From Microcoleaceae cyanobacterium UBA9251 (GTDB lineage Bacteria; Cyanobacteriota; Cyanobacteriia; Cyanobacteriales; Microcoleaceae): a stretch of 53,710 nt of DNA. Of this stretch, positions 11,410 through 22,191 are shown piece after piece; the stretch's first letter is position 1, and each line of letters begins with the position of its first letter. The DNA is taken from NCBI GenBank assembly GCA_003542015.1, contig DPLL01000480.1, positions 213 through 53,922 on the forward strand, in the 5' to 3' direction. A program made the position numbers and the translations under genes. The notes beneath the pieces are model-generated. The model did no database searches. It was given only the letters and a program-made list of their open reading frames with translations, and had not been told where the DNA came from.

Positions 11410-12270
11410 TTAGAAAAAAGTCGGCGGCAACTCCAAAGCAAGCTGACCCAACACACCAGTTCTAAAATCATTCAACATCTGCCGCGCCGTTCGTTCGACA
11501 TCTCCTTGATACCTGTCTTTAGCTACCCCATGCAAATAATCCTCACCATTAGTAGATGCAGTATCTAATTTATACCTCGATTTGAAGCCAGATACTGAGA
11601 CCAAACTTTCATCAGTAGCTTGCAGCCCTGTGAGCAAATCTACCATAGCCGCTGCTACTACCTGATTGTCGTAAGCTGCTTCGCCAATATCTTCGCAAAT
11701 AGCTAATTTTATGGCATTTTCGAGATTGCTAATTCGGGTTGGGATCACTCCGGGGGCGTCTAACAACTCAATTTCTTCAGAAATACGAATCCATCGGAGC
11801 GATCGAGTCACTCCAGCTCTGCGGGCACTATCTACTACTCTGCGCCCTAACAACCGATTAATCAAAGCAGATTTTCCCACATTCGGAAAACCAATCACCA
11901 CAGCCCTGACTGGACGAGGAAGCATACCTCGATCGAACCTTCTTTGATTAAGTTGCACCCCAGCATTCTGCACAGCCGCCGCCACATCATCCACCCCTTG
12001 CCCGTGTTCGGCATTAGTAAAATAAGCAGTTTCCCCCTGTGCCTCAAACCATTGTTCCCACAGAGCGCGTAATTGAGGCGGAATCATGTCCATGCGGTTA
12101 ATCACTAATACTTTAGCCTTACTGCCCACCCAAATCGGCATTTGGGGATGGTAAGTAGCCAAAGGAATGCGGGCATCTCGGACTTCGAGTACCACATCTA
12201 CCTTCTTTAGTTGTTCTTTTAAGGCCCGTTCAGCTTTGGCAATGTGACCGGGATACCATTGAATTTTCAT
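11410..12270 (-). CDS. ylqF: Ribosome biogenesis GTPase YlqF/RbgA
   Basis: IQWYPGH, DARIP, GFPNVGKS, LDAPG. Confidence 0.95.
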   Translation of the reverse strand: MKIQWYPGHIAKAERALKEQLKKVDVVLEVRDARIPLATYHPQMPIWVGSKAKVLVINRMDMIPPQLRALWEQWFEAQGETAYFTNAEHGQGVDDVAAAVQNAGVQLNQRRFDRGMLPRPVRAVVIGFPNVGKSALINRLLGRRVVDSARRAGVTRSLRWIRISEEIELLDAPGVIPTRISNLENAIKLAICEDIGEAAYDNQVVAAAMVDLLTGLQATDESLVSVSGFKSRYKLDTASTNGEDYLHGVAKDRYQGDVERTARQMLNDFRTGVLGQLALELPPTFF

Positions 12271-12505
12271 TAGTTATTCGTTATTAGTCATTAGTCAGTA
12301 GTCAGTAGTCATTAGTTATTCGTTATTAGTCAGTAGTCATTAGTCATTAGTCATTAGTCAGTAGTCATTAGTCATTAGTCAGTTGCGGTGCCCGCTCGCG
12401 TAGTCGAAGGGTAAGTTGTCAGTTGTCAGCGATCGTTCAACCAATAACCAATAACCAATAACCAATAACCAATAACCAATAACTAATGACCAATGACTAA
12501 TAACT
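12271..12505. repeat. STRR heptamer arrays (also near 4466-4499, 24417-24645, 40583-40617, 41842-41887, 44517-44608, 51555-51765)
   Basis: (TTAGTCA)n, (ACCAATA)n, (GATTTTA)n, (GGGCATT)n, (GGGCATA)n. Confidence 0.92.
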
Positions 12506-12510
12506 CAGAA

Positions 12511-12924
12511 CTAAGGCACTATCAAAACTGCACAAGGAGATAGGTTGATCACCCGACTGGTAACGCTTTCAGACGCCCCATCATCAGTTAAACCCATCCC
12601 CCGACAGCCCATCACAATCAAATCAGCCCCAATTTCGTCAGCCACATCACAAATCGTGAAAGCAGGTTTGCCTTCCCGTTCAATGATTTCAGCTTCAATT
12701 CCCTGCTGGGAAAACATCGCATGGGCCTCAGACAGCAATTTGGCGACTGCTTCCGGGGAAGCCATCACTTCTCGCGGCGGGGATTCGCCACCCTCGGCTG
12801 GGGGTTCGACTACCGACAGAATCACTAAACGAGCACCATAGGTTTTCACAATATTGACAACCTTTTCGGCAGCTTCGCGGGCTTCTCGGCTTTGATCTAC
12901 TGGAAATAAGACAGTCTTGAACAT
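12511..12924 (-). CDS. Universal stress protein
   Basis: MFKTVLFPVD, ADLIVMGCRG, SVT, VLIVP; start moved to 12924. Confidence 0.9.
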   Translation of the reverse strand: MFKTVLFPVDQSREAREAAEKVVNIVKTYGARLVILSVVEPPAEGGESPPREVMASPEAVAKLLSEAHAMFSQQGIEAEIIEREGKPAFTICDVADEIGADLIVMGCRGMGLTDDGASESVTSRVINLSPCAVLIVP

Positions 12925-13109
12925 ACTGCACATCTCCGGGACACGGACTCCGATAAAATGTTTAGGTTGAACCAATTAGTGTCGTTTGTTCCATCTTCCG
13001 TTTTTTTGTAGGGGCGCGGTTGAATGCGTCCGAGGCCCAAGTACCAGTGACCGGTGCCACCATTACAACGGAATTCAACAAAAAGACACATATTTAGGAG
13101 GTTAATCCT

Positions 13110-14309
13110 GTGACAAAAAAAACTGTAGCAAATTTATCGGCATCGGACTTATCGGGAAAACAGGTACTCGTGCGGGCGGACTTTAACGTGCCACTCGACA
13201 ACGGCAGTATCACCGATGATACTCGCATCCGGGCTGCTCTGCCGACAATTCAAGATTTAGCCTCTAAAGGCGCTAAGGTCATTTTGTGCAGCCACTTCGG
13301 GCGTCCCAATGGCGTGACAGAGAAGTTGCGCTTGACGCCTGTTGCTAAGCGGCTGTCGGAATTGTTGGGTAAAGAAGTCAAAAAAACTGATGACTGTATC
13401 GGCGAAGAAGTTGCTGCTACAGTCGCGGCGATGCAAGATGGCGATGTGATTTTGCTGGAAAATGTCCGCTTTTACCCAGAAGAGGAAGCAAATGACCCGG
13501 AATTTGCTAAGAAGTTAGCTTCTGTGGCCGATTTGTATGTCAATGATGCTTTTGGTACTGCTCACCGGGCTCATGCTTCTACTGAGGGTGTTACTAAGTA
13601 TCTGAGTCCTTCTGTGGCTGGGTTTTTGATGGAGAAGGAACTGCAATATCTTGGTAGTGCGATCGACAATCCTCAGCGTCCTTTGGCTGCGATTATCGGC
13701 GGTTCCAAAGTTTCTAGCAAGATTGGAGTCATCGAAAAACTGTTGGAAAAGTGCGACAAATTGCTGTTGGGCGGTGGCATGGTTTTCACATTCTACAAAG
13801 CTCGTGGCTTGAATGTTGGCAAGTCTTTGGTGGAAGATGACAAGCTGGAATTGGCTAAGTCTTTGGAAGCTAAGGCGAAGGAACGGGGAGTTGCTTTTCT
13901 GTTACCTACTGATGTGATAGTTGCTGACAAGTTTGCTGCTGATGCTAATACTCAAACTGTCTCCGTTGAGAGCATTCCCGATGGTTGGATGGGTTTGGAT
14001 ATTGGCCCGGATTCAGTGAAAACTTTTCAAGCTGCTTTGGCTGATTGCAAAACAGTAATCTGGAACGGCCCGATGGGTGTGTTTGAGATGGAGAAGTTTG
14101 CTGCGGGTACTGAAGGTATCGCTCATTCTTTGGCTGGACTTACTAAAACTGGTACTACCACAATTATCGGTGGTGGTGACTCGGTGGCGGCTGTGGAACA
14201 GTTGAATTTAGGTGCAGAAATGAGCCACATTTCTACTGGTGGCGGTGCTAGTTTGGAGCTGCTGGAAGGTAAGGAATTGCCTGGTGTTGCTGCTTTAGAT
14301 GAGGCTTAA
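13110..14309 (+). CDS. pgk: Phosphoglycerate kinase
   Basis: [34 protein letters not shown]. Confidence 0.98.
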   Translation: MTKKTVANLSASDLSGKQVLVRADFNVPLDNGSITDDTRIRAALPTIQDLASKGAKVILCSHFGRPNGVTEKLRLTPVAKRLSELLGKEVKKTDDCIGEEVAATVAAMQDGDVILLENVRFYPEEEANDPEFAKKLASVADLYVNDAFGTAHRAHASTEGVTKYLSPSVAGFLMEKELQYLGSAIDNPQRPLAAIIGGSKVSSKIGVIEKLLEKCDKLLLGGGMVFTFYKARGLNVGKSLVEDDKLELAKSLEAKAKERGVAFLLPTDVIVADKFAADANTQTVSVESIPDGWMGLDIGPDSVKTFQAALADCKTVIWNGPMGVFEMEKFAAGTEGIAHSLAGLTKTGTTTIIGGGDSVAAVEQLNLGAEMSHISTGGGASLELLEGKELPGVAALDEA

Positions 14310-14588
14310 TTAAGTTAAGTAGGGTGGGCTTTGCCCGCCTTGCTTTAAGTTAGTCAGGACTTACGCATTTAGAGGTAATTCTGTCATTTAGAGGTAATTC
14401 TGTCATTCTGAGTGAAACGAAGAATCTCAAAGCTTTGCAACAGCGTCTAGACTGCGTAAGTCCTGTTAGTCTAAATCATTGGCTGCGAATAGGTTTTTTT
14501 GGGGATTTACCGCAGAGGGCGCAGAGAACGCAGAGCAAGATAAAAGTGAGAAGGAAAGGGCTTTAAAGTCTACAGTTTGCTAGTATAA

Positions 14589-14702
14589 TAGTCCTGGACG
14601 CACGAGTGTTTAGAAACCGGGTTTTTTTACGAAAAGACGCGTTGTAGACCGCAGATTCGGTAAAAAACCCGGTTTCTGGGCCCCGATGCGTCCAGGACTG
14701 TA
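14589..14702. repeat. MITE-like element with AAACCGGGTTT/AAACCCGGTTT core; relatives near 16060-16150, 30815-30915, 42868-43033, 53695-53710
   Basis: Inverted termini TAGTCCTGGACGCA / TGCGTCCAGGACTG. Confidence 0.8.
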
Positions 14703-14728
14703 TAATTTATTTGAAGTGGCTGTGAGGT

Positions 14729-15451
14729 TTGTTTGTGAAATTTAAAGTCTTGGCAACTGTAACGGCAAGTTTAGCTTTGTTTTGGTATTCGGCTCCTGTT
14801 CTCGCTCAAAATGCTGCTCATGTTAGGCAGTTGCTGGAAACTAAGGAGTGTGAGGGTTGTGATTTGAGAAATGCTGATTTGTTTAAGGCTAGCTTGTACA
14901 GGGCTAAGTTGAAAGGGGCTGATTTAAGCGGCGCAAATCTTTATGAAGCTAATTTGGTACAAGCGGATTTAACTGATGCTAATTTGTCTAATGCTAATTT
15001 AGTTAATGCTGATTTGTATGGTGCGGATTTGGATAGTGCTAATCTGCGAAGTGCGAATTTGTCTAATGCTTTTTTGGGTAGGGCAAATATGACGATGGCT
15101 GATTTGCGTGGTGCTAAACTTTTTTCGGCTAATTTGAGTGAATCTTATTTGTTGCAAGCTAATTTGTCGAATAGTGATTTGAGGCGATCGCTACTTTTTC
15201 GAGTTAATTTAAGTCGAGGGAATTTAACTGGGGCGGATTTGTCTTTTGCTGATGTGCGCGATACGAATTTGCAGAATGCTATTTTGTCTAATACTAGGCT
15301 GACTAAAGCTCAATTGAGCGGTACAAATCTAGATGCGGCGAGGGATGTGCCGCAGGCTGATTTAGGGAGAGCAAATTTGCGGGGTACGAATTTGGGGCCT
15401 GTGGTTTGTGTGACAACTAATTATCCTTATTGTGTTTTGAATTTGGATTGA
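14729..15451 (+). CDS. Secreted pentapeptide repeat protein
   Basis: Signal peptide, LLETKECEGCDL, A(D/N)Lxx repeats. Confidence 0.93.
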   Translation: MFVKFKVLATVTASLALFWYSAPVLAQNAAHVRQLLETKECEGCDLRNADLFKASLYRAKLKGADLSGANLYEANLVQADLTDANLSNANLVNADLYGADLDSANLRSANLSNAFLGRANMTMADLRGAKLFSANLSESYLLQANLSNSDLRRSLLFRVNLSRGNLTGADLSFADVRDTNLQNAILSNTRLTKAQLSGTNLDAARDVPQADLGRANLRGTNLGPVVCVTTNYPYCVLNLD

Positions 15452-15712
15452 TCGCTTGTAGGGTGCGTCAGCCGCCATATTCTGTCATCCTGAGCGTAGC
15501 GAAGGATCTCGCTCGATGCTTTGCTACACTACTTTCCCAACAGATTTTAGATCAATCATTATAGCGCTTTTTAATTATTTGAACGAACCGTGAAGACGCG
15601 AATAGCGCGAAGGAATAACTGCATCTTCTTCTTGATCTTCCTTCGTGTCCGCGTGCCTCGCGGTTCGTTCAATCTTACTCTATTGCTAGTGGCAAAAAAC
15701 TGATTAACAGTC

Positions 15713-15982
15713 TTATTTCACAGGCTTAGTTGAATTCGCACAAAACTTTTCATCTACAATAGCTGAACTGATATTAACAGCTTGCATAGGCGATGAGGGA
15801 ATAACTAAGTCTTGGGGTGCGACTACCATTTTTTTACACACAAGTTCGCTGCTGCCTACAGAGGCAAAGTTCCAAGCGTAAAATTGGGGGTTGCTGACTG
15901 TCGCAGCGGCTGGGTGTATACCTAGTGCTGTCAGCAATACTAACTCTAATGTCACTAAAGCTACGATCGCGAATCTCAGCAT
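15713..15982 (-). CDS. Small secreted hypothetical protein
   Basis: Signal peptide ending PAAA; two Cys. Confidence 0.65.
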   Translation of the reverse strand: MLRFAIVALVTLELVLLTALGIHPAAATVSNPQFYAWNFASVGSSELVCKKMVVAPQDLVIPSSPMQAVNISSAIVDEKFCANSTKPVK

Positions 15983-16166
15983 ATTCTTTTTTGAACCTGA
16001 AAACTTACTTGATTACTATTACTTATTATTGCCTGGGTTTTCTTCAACGTCAATAGCACATTCCTGGACGCATGGGGGGCTAAAAACCCGGTTTCTGTGT
16101 CAATATTTATCGCAAAAGTGATGATTTTTTTCAGAAACCGGGTTTTTGGTGTCAGCCCTATAGCAG

Positions 16167-18113
16167 TTATTTCGCCACCAGATTCAACTCATAGGAAATA
16201 GGCTCTGAGGATTGAGAAACTACTACAAATTCATAATAACCGGAATCATCTAGAAATCCTGACCAACTAAGTCCTTCTGCATCTTGCAGCAAAGCTCGCG
16301 CGGCCTTTGTCCGCCCTGGAGTATAAATTGATAGGAGAGTAGATTTACCGGGAGCTTGCAAATTTACCCCCAGAGTTTGATTTTGAGCGAGTCTGGCTAT
16401 GTAAGCTTTCCCTTCTCCGGGTTTGAGATTGCCTTTGAGGGTTTTGCTAGAAGCTCGGTTTTCAAATTCAACGCTTTCGATAGTTGCTCCTGCTTGCAAG
16501 GCTTCCAAGGCTTCGGCTGTAATTGCTTGCCAAATTTGTCCGATCGCCAAACCAATGATATTACGATCGCGTGGCTGTGTTGGAAACAGATAAAAAAACT
16601 TAGCATCAGCCAAATCATACAGCGCCCGACTGCTCAAATTGATCTTGTTTACCTCGGTTTTCCAGCGATTTATATCCGTGGTGTCGTAATTTCCCAACTT
16701 CTTTCTAGCGTTACTGCTGATTTTTTCCAATTTGTCAAGTAACTCGTCACCGATTTTTTGCCATCTTTCTCGCCATTCGCGATCGCTATCTCCTTCTTTT
16801 AACAGCCTTCCTCCCAATTCCGGGTATTTGGCATAGAAAGTCTCGTCTACAAGGCTGATGTAACCATTATAAAATCGATCGTCTATTTCTAGTCGTTGAA
16901 AGCGATCGCGCAAAGCATCTTCTTGTTGCTGTTTCGGGCCCGCTACCTGCGGAGTTTTCTGCACTTGAGACTGAAGATTTAACAAAAAATTACCCGCAAA
17001 CCAGCCAACTCCCCCCATACTTGATAACACCGCCACCACCAACAAAACCATTTTCCAAGCCGGCAACTTTTCTTGACTGCGAATATTAGCCATTGAAACC
17101 GGAATTCCAGGCAGTTTCGGGGCGGGCACAGTCATCGGCTGTAACTCTGGCGGCGGCTGCGTGGCTGGAAAATCCGGTGTTGAAGCAGGAAAAGATGGCT
17201 GCTGGTGAGGCACTAAACGCGGATTGCCAGAGAGAGCGAGCAAAACCTCGCGGGCTGAGGAAAAGCGATCGCTCGGCCCGTGAGCGAGCATTTTATCCAA
17301 CACCAGGGCCAAATTTGGAGACACTGAACATTGCGATCGCCAATTCCAATTCAGGGTATGGCTGTCGATCAACTGATGGGGTTCCTTCCCCGTCAGCAGC
17401 ACTAAAACCGTTGCCGCCAGAGCGTACAAATCGCTGTGGGGATACACGATACCCATCTGCATCTGTTCGACGGGGGCGTAGCCGAGTTTACCAATCCGAG
17501 TCGCGGGGGCGGGAGTGCTGTTAGTCTCAACGAAAAGAGACTCTGCGGTGGCGGCAACTTGTTTTACCCCGCCGAAGTCGATTAGTACCGGCATCCCGTC
17601 TGACGATCGCAGAATCAGGTTATCTGGGGATATGTCGCGGTGGATTACTCCCAAAGAGTGTGTGTATTCCAGCACTGGTAAAAGCTGGATCAGCAGTTGA
17701 TTGATTTCTGCTTCTATGAAGTGCAATCCCTGACGCTTGCGGGCGTCCAGCAGAAAGCGGTAGGTTTGGCCTGGTACGTAGTCTTGGACGAGAAATAGGT
17801 AGCCTCGATCGCTAATATTCACCCGAAACAGTTCTCGGAAGTTGGGGATTTGGTTGTGTTTGAGCTTGTAGAGCACTCCCGCTTCCCGCTCGAAGAGTTC
17901 TTCGGATTTCTGTAAAGCGTAACTCCCCTGTACTTGGGGCGCAAATTCTTTTAAAACACAGGGCTCGTTGAATCGGTGAGCATCTTCTGCAAGGTAGGTG
18001 CGCCCGAAGCCGCCGTGTCCCAATTCGCGGACAATGCGGTAGTGGTTGCTGAGTGTAATGCCGGGGTAGATAGGATTGGTCATCTTTATAGGTAGATTTT
18101 TGTAAACTGTCAC
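16167..18113 (-). CDS. Membrane Ser/Thr protein kinase
   Basis: LGHGGFG, VLKE, HRDISPDN, DFG; Pro-rich linker, TM helix, C-terminal domain; start may be 18080. Confidence 0.94.
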   Translation of the reverse strand: MTVYKNLPIKMTNPIYPGITLSNHYRIVRELGHGGFGRTYLAEDAHRFNEPCVLKEFAPQVQGSYALQKSEELFEREAGVLYKLKHNQIPNFRELFRVNISDRGYLFLVQDYVPGQTYRFLLDARKRQGLHFIEAEINQLLIQLLPVLEYTHSLGVIHRDISPDNLILRSSDGMPVLIDFGGVKQVAATAESLFVETNSTPAPATRIGKLGYAPVEQMQMGIVYPHSDLYALAATVLVLLTGKEPHQLIDSHTLNWNWRSQCSVSPNLALVLDKMLAHGPSDRFSSAREVLLALSGNPRLVPHQQPSFPASTPDFPATQPPPELQPMTVPAPKLPGIPVSMANIRSQEKLPAWKMVLLVVAVLSSMGGVGWFAGNFLLNLQSQVQKTPQVAGPKQQQEDALRDRFQRLEIDDRFYNGYISLVDETFYAKYPELGGRLLKEGDSDREWRERWQKIGDELLDKLEKISSNARKKLGNYDTTDINRWKTEVNKINLSSRALYDLADAKFFYLFPTQPRDRNIIGLAIGQIWQAITAEALEALQAGATIESVEFENRASSKTLKGNLKPGEGKAYIARLAQNQTLGVNLQAPGKSTLLSIYTPGRTKAARALLQDAEGLSWSGFLDDSGYYEFVVVSQSSEPISYELNLVAK

Positions 18114-18211
18114 GACTCCTGTTTGCTCGGACTATATCAAAAATACTATCCTTAATTGGTATTGAAATGCGATCGATCCCGGTGCAAAATGTGTATTTTC
18201 AGGAGCAAATT

Positions 18212-19750
18212 ATGCAGAAAGAACAGCGTCAGCGAGCATTTACAGCATTTCAAGAGTTTTTGAACACAGCCCTTGAGGAACGATTGCAACAGCAGCAGGA
18301 GCCATCTCCCGAAACAGTTGCGATAGCACTTTTTCAAAACGTCGCTGCAACGGTTCCCGCTTACCAGACTTTTTTAGTTGAACATAACATTAATCCTGCT
18401 GGGATTCAAACCTTTGAAGACTTCCAAAAATTGCCGCTAATTACCAAAGACAATTATTTGCGAACTCACCCGCTAGCTGAATTGTGTCGCGGTGGTAAAT
18501 TAGCAACTTGCGATTTCATTGCCGCTTCCTCCGGTTCCACAGGAAAACCCACTTTTTGGCCACGTTTCCTCAGCGATGAGTTGCAAATTGCTACTCGCTT
18601 TGAACAAATATTTCATGACAGTTTTTACGCCGATACTCGCTCAACTTTAGCTGTGATTTGCTTTGCTTTGGGGACTTGGGTTGGGGGAATGTACACGGCT
18701 AATTGTTGTCGCCATTTAGCGAGTAAAGGTTATCCCGTAACGGTGGTGACACCGGGAAATAATAAAACAGAAATATTTCGAGTTGTGCAGGAACTTGGAG
18801 ATGATTTTGAGCAAGTGGTATTGTTAGGATATCCGCCCTTTGTTAAGGATGTTATTGATAGTGGCATTGCTGCGGGTGTCGAGTGGGAAAAATATCGAAT
18901 TAAGATGGTGTTTGCGGGGGAAGTGTTTAGCGAAGAATGGCGGAGTTTGGTTAGCTATCGCACTAATTCTGACAATCTATATTACAACTCTGCTAGCCTT
19001 TACGGTACTGCCGATGCAGGGGTTTTAGGTAACGAGACACCGCTGAGTATTTGCATCCGCCGCTTTTTAGCCAATAATCCTGAAGCTGCACGCAATTTAT
19101 TCGGAGAATCGCGGTTGCCCAGCTTGATGCAGTACGATCCAAACAGTCGCTTTTTTGAAGTGAATGATGATGGTACATTGCTATTTTCGGGAGACAATGG
19201 CATCCCATTAATACGTTATCACATTTCTGACAATGGTGGCTTAATTTCTTATGAAGCAATGCTCGATTTTTTAGCAGCATGGGGATTTAACCCTGGGGAA
19301 CATTTGCAACAAGCAGCAGCTTTAAATTTATTGCCAAATTCAGATTTTCCTAGAGGGATTCGACGGCTACCATTTGTTTATGTATTTGGGCGATCGCACT
19401 TTACGGTTTCCTACTTCGGTGCTAACATTTATCCAGAAAATGTCACCGTGGGTTTAGAGGTTCCCAAGATTCGGGAATGGGTGACGGGAAAGTTTGTCCT
19501 GCAAGTTAGGGAGGATTCGGATCGAAATCGGTTTTTATCTGTGGTTGTGGAATTAGCACCGGGGGTGGATGGTGATGAGGAGAAACAAAAGGCGATCGCA
19601 TCTTCTATTCTCTCGCAATTGCGGCGGCTAAACAGTGAATTTGCCAACTATGTACCGCCAGAATATCAGTTACCTATGGTGACGCTAACTGCGACGGGGG
19701 ATGCGGAGTATTTTCCTATGGGTGTGAAGCATCGATATACGCGGCAGTAA
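18212..19750 (+). CDS. Phenylacetate-CoA ligase family adenylate-forming enzyme
   Basis: SSGSTGKP, YGTAD, PLIRY, GANIYP; start uncertain (18167 or 18212). Confidence 0.85.
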   Translation: MQKEQRQRAFTAFQEFLNTALEERLQQQQEPSPETVAIALFQNVAATVPAYQTFLVEHNINPAGIQTFEDFQKLPLITKDNYLRTHPLAELCRGGKLATCDFIAASSGSTGKPTFWPRFLSDELQIATRFEQIFHDSFYADTRSTLAVICFALGTWVGGMYTANCCRHLASKGYPVTVVTPGNNKTEIFRVVQELGDDFEQVVLLGYPPFVKDVIDSGIAAGVEWEKYRIKMVFAGEVFSEEWRSLVSYRTNSDNLYYNSASLYGTADAGVLGNETPLSICIRRFLANNPEAARNLFGESRLPSLMQYDPNSRFFEVNDDGTLLFSGDNGIPLIRYHISDNGGLISYEAMLDFLAAWGFNPGEHLQQAAALNLLPNSDFPRGIRRLPFVYVFGRSHFTVSYFGANIYPENVTVGLEVPKIREWVTGKFVLQVREDSDRNRFLSVVVELAPGVDGDEEKQKAIASSILSQLRRLNSEFANYVPPEYQLPMVTLTATGDAEYFPMGVKHRYTRQ

Positions 19751-19776
19751 ACCGTAGTTTTTGGAGGTGGCGATCG

Positions 19777-20583
19777 CTAAATTGTATCAGGATCGATGTT
19801 TAATTCTCGCAATTTAGCCGCCAAGCGATCGGCTCGTTGTTGAGCCAATTCTTTTTGCTGACGTTCGGAATCAGCTCGTTGTTGAGCTAATTCTTTTTGT
19901 CGAGTTTCCCTTTGGGCTCGTTGCATTTCCCTTTGGGCTCGTTGTTGAGCAAATTCTTTCTGCTGACGTTCTGAATCAGCCACCTCTTCAGGAGTAGGAA
20001 CTAGCTCTCCATAATCGGTAAAAAATCGCAGTTTATTCTGATGAATTCCCAAATACAACTCCAGCTCCTCACTCCACAAATATCCTTGAGAATTCGGTGC
20101 TAGTGCTTGGTATTTACCATTCACTAAATGAAATCCCGCAAACTCTAACGTATAGGGATCGAACCAAAAATAGTCTGGGGTACGAAATGTGTCTTGATAG
20201 AGTTTTTTCTTAAATTCGCGATCGGTATTAGCTGTTGTCGGTGACAGCATTTCTACAATCACATTAGGATACTTTCCGTCTTCTTCCCAGACTACCCAGC
20301 TTTTCCGAGGTTTGCGATCGGTTCCCAGTACCACAAAAAAATCTGGGCCTCGAAAGTCTGCCGATTTACGTTGATTCTGACTGTAATAAATCGTGAGATT
20401 GCCGGCAACATAAAAGTCGTTTCTATCTCGCCACAGCCAATCTAGACATTGGAGAAGTAAAATTATTTGTCGCAGATGCAGTTCAGTTTCCAAGGGAGGT
20501 TCGTCACTGTATAAATCGCCTTTCGGAAAGATAACACGTTCTGGGATGTCTTGGGAAGTCGCTAATTCTGGGATGACGGACAT
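19777..20583 (-). CDS. Uma2 family endonuclease-fold protein
   Basis: SDEPPLE, GPDFFVV, IVEMLS, YFWFDP; repetitive coiled-coil tail. Confidence 0.93.
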   Translation of the reverse strand: MSVIPELATSQDIPERVIFPKGDLYSDEPPLETELHLRQIILLLQCLDWLWRDRNDFYVAGNLTIYYSQNQRKSADFRGPDFFVVLGTDRKPRKSWVVWEEDGKYPNVIVEMLSPTTANTDREFKKKLYQDTFRTPDYFWFDPYTLEFAGFHLVNGKYQALAPNSQGYLWSEELELYLGIHQNKLRFFTDYGELVPTPEEVADSERQQKEFAQQRAQREMQRAQRETRQKELAQQRADSERQQKELAQQRADRLAAKLRELNIDPDTI

Positions 20584-20695
20584 GGCGGCTTAGTTTGGTG
20601 TCAGAGGTTGTGCTTCTATTTTAGCAATGTTTTAATATCGGTGTTAAATACCCGACTTCGCAGAAGTTGTCGGGTATCTGGGTATTTTGCTAACT

Positions 20696-21784
20696 TTATT
20701 TACCGTCAGTTGATTTGAGAGCGGCCAGAATTTCTGGTCGTTTCATCCGTGCATAACCGCACAATTTCCGCTCTTTTCCTATCGCCTTCAAGCGTCTCAG
20801 TGACAGACTGTCGTAGTCTTCCAGCGGGGGTTCAAACTGGAACTCCAACTGCAACTGCGGTAGCTGAGGTTTCGCCTGCGCCTTCGACTGCTTCTTAGGC
20901 TGGGTTTTTGACTGGGTTTTCGCCTTGATCTCTGGCTGTATTCCTGAGTTATTGGCCACGGCTCCTAGTTGGCTGCGGACTGTTGCAATTTGATTTTTCA
21001 GGTCGGATTCTACGTCTTTGATTGTGTCCGCAACGAACTGATTAATTATTGCGACTGTGCGTTCTAATTTGATTGACAGCAATTTCTCCAATTCATCCAA
21101 CTGTGTTAACGCACCTTCAATATTCATCTCATAAATAACCGCAGATGTCGGAGGAATATCGCTGTTAGATTGCTCAATTTTTTTAGCCAATTTATCTACC
21201 TTTTCATTAAATGTTTGTTCAACTTTTTCTATCGAACCCTTAATCTGTTCTATTTTGTCACCCTCGAACTTCTGCTCAGTTAGAAATTTTACTTGTTTTT
21301 TGAGCAGGTCTTCATTTTTTTTAACAGATTGTTCTATTTGTTTTGTTAGACTCTCTACCTTTTTTTGAAATGAGCGCTCAAATTGTTGCAGTAGAGTCTC
21401 AATTTGTGCATTTTTTTGAGTCGGTTGCGGAGCTAAAAGTTCCATTTCTGCTTGAGCAGCAACTACTTCCTCATCGCTCATTTCAAAAACCCAAGCCCAC
21501 ATTTGTTCAAGGCCGAGTTCTTTAGCAACGATACACCAATCAGCGCCACAGACAACTTCGTATTCTTCTTCGTTGCTGTAAGCTTCAGTCCGGCGTACAA
21601 TTAAAGGAATCAAGTTGCTCCCTTGTTCGATTAGACTTCTCCTGAGAGCTTCGCGGCGATCGCGAGGAATTTCCCCCCGCTGAGGATATGGTATCGCAAT
21701 TTGGGAAGTGTAAATTTGACTGTGACTAATTGGCTTAATCCGCAAATATTCAATTATTCGGTTTTGATCTTGCGATCGATCCAT
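20696..21784 (-). CDS. ParB-like N-domain + coiled coil + Rho_N-like C-domain
   Basis: SLIEQGSNLIPLIVRR...YEVVCG; tail LSLRRLKAIGKERKLCGYARMKRPEILAAL. Confidence 0.7.
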   Translation of the reverse strand: MDRSQDQNRIIEYLRIKPISHSQIYTSQIAIPYPQRGEIPRDRREALRRSLIEQGSNLIPLIVRRTEAYSNEEEYEVVCGADWCIVAKELGLEQMWAWVFEMSDEEVVAAQAEMELLAPQPTQKNAQIETLLQQFERSFQKKVESLTKQIEQSVKKNEDLLKKQVKFLTEQKFEGDKIEQIKGSIEKVEQTFNEKVDKLAKKIEQSNSDIPPTSAVIYEMNIEGALTQLDELEKLLSIKLERTVAIINQFVADTIKDVESDLKNQIATVRSQLGAVANNSGIQPEIKAKTQSKTQPKKQSKAQAKPQLPQLQLEFQFEPPLEDYDSLSLRRLKAIGKERKLCGYARMKRPEILAALKSTDGK

Positions 21785-22191
21785 CTTCTTACAAGTCCCC
21801 TTTTGTCATTGAAATCAGGTGTTTTAGGTATTTATGTATATCTACGCGGTTTCCGTGGGGCGACATCCCAGGCGATCGACAAATTACTGCAATTCCTAAA
21901 ACAAGCGACTGTGATGAGTTTAACTGGCTGGGGGACAATAATTATACATTGCTTAACTCATCTTTACTTTTTTTGGTGTAAGGGCGATCGGGCTGGCATT
22001 GCGAGTTGCGATCGCAATTGCGATTTATAGGAAAGCCAGCTTTAAAATCCCCTTTATTCTTTAGTCTCAAGCGAGAGGAACGAAAGTTTGTGTAGGATCG
22101 GTTTCAACCGCCGAGTCATATCGGGTTTTTCAACGTTTGTCGCATGGGCTTTAAGCAACGCCCCAAAAATGCAATTGAGATGGCTGAAAGC

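Noticed and set aside
19777..20583. Uma2 as a fourth member of the ParA/ParB module
   Set aside because: Uma2 genes are abundant in cyanobacteria and a hairpin repeat separates it; adjacency alone is weak evidence
21990..22030. Palindrome TTGCGATCGCAA as a parS candidate
   Set aside because: Explained by HIP1; does not match the parS consensus
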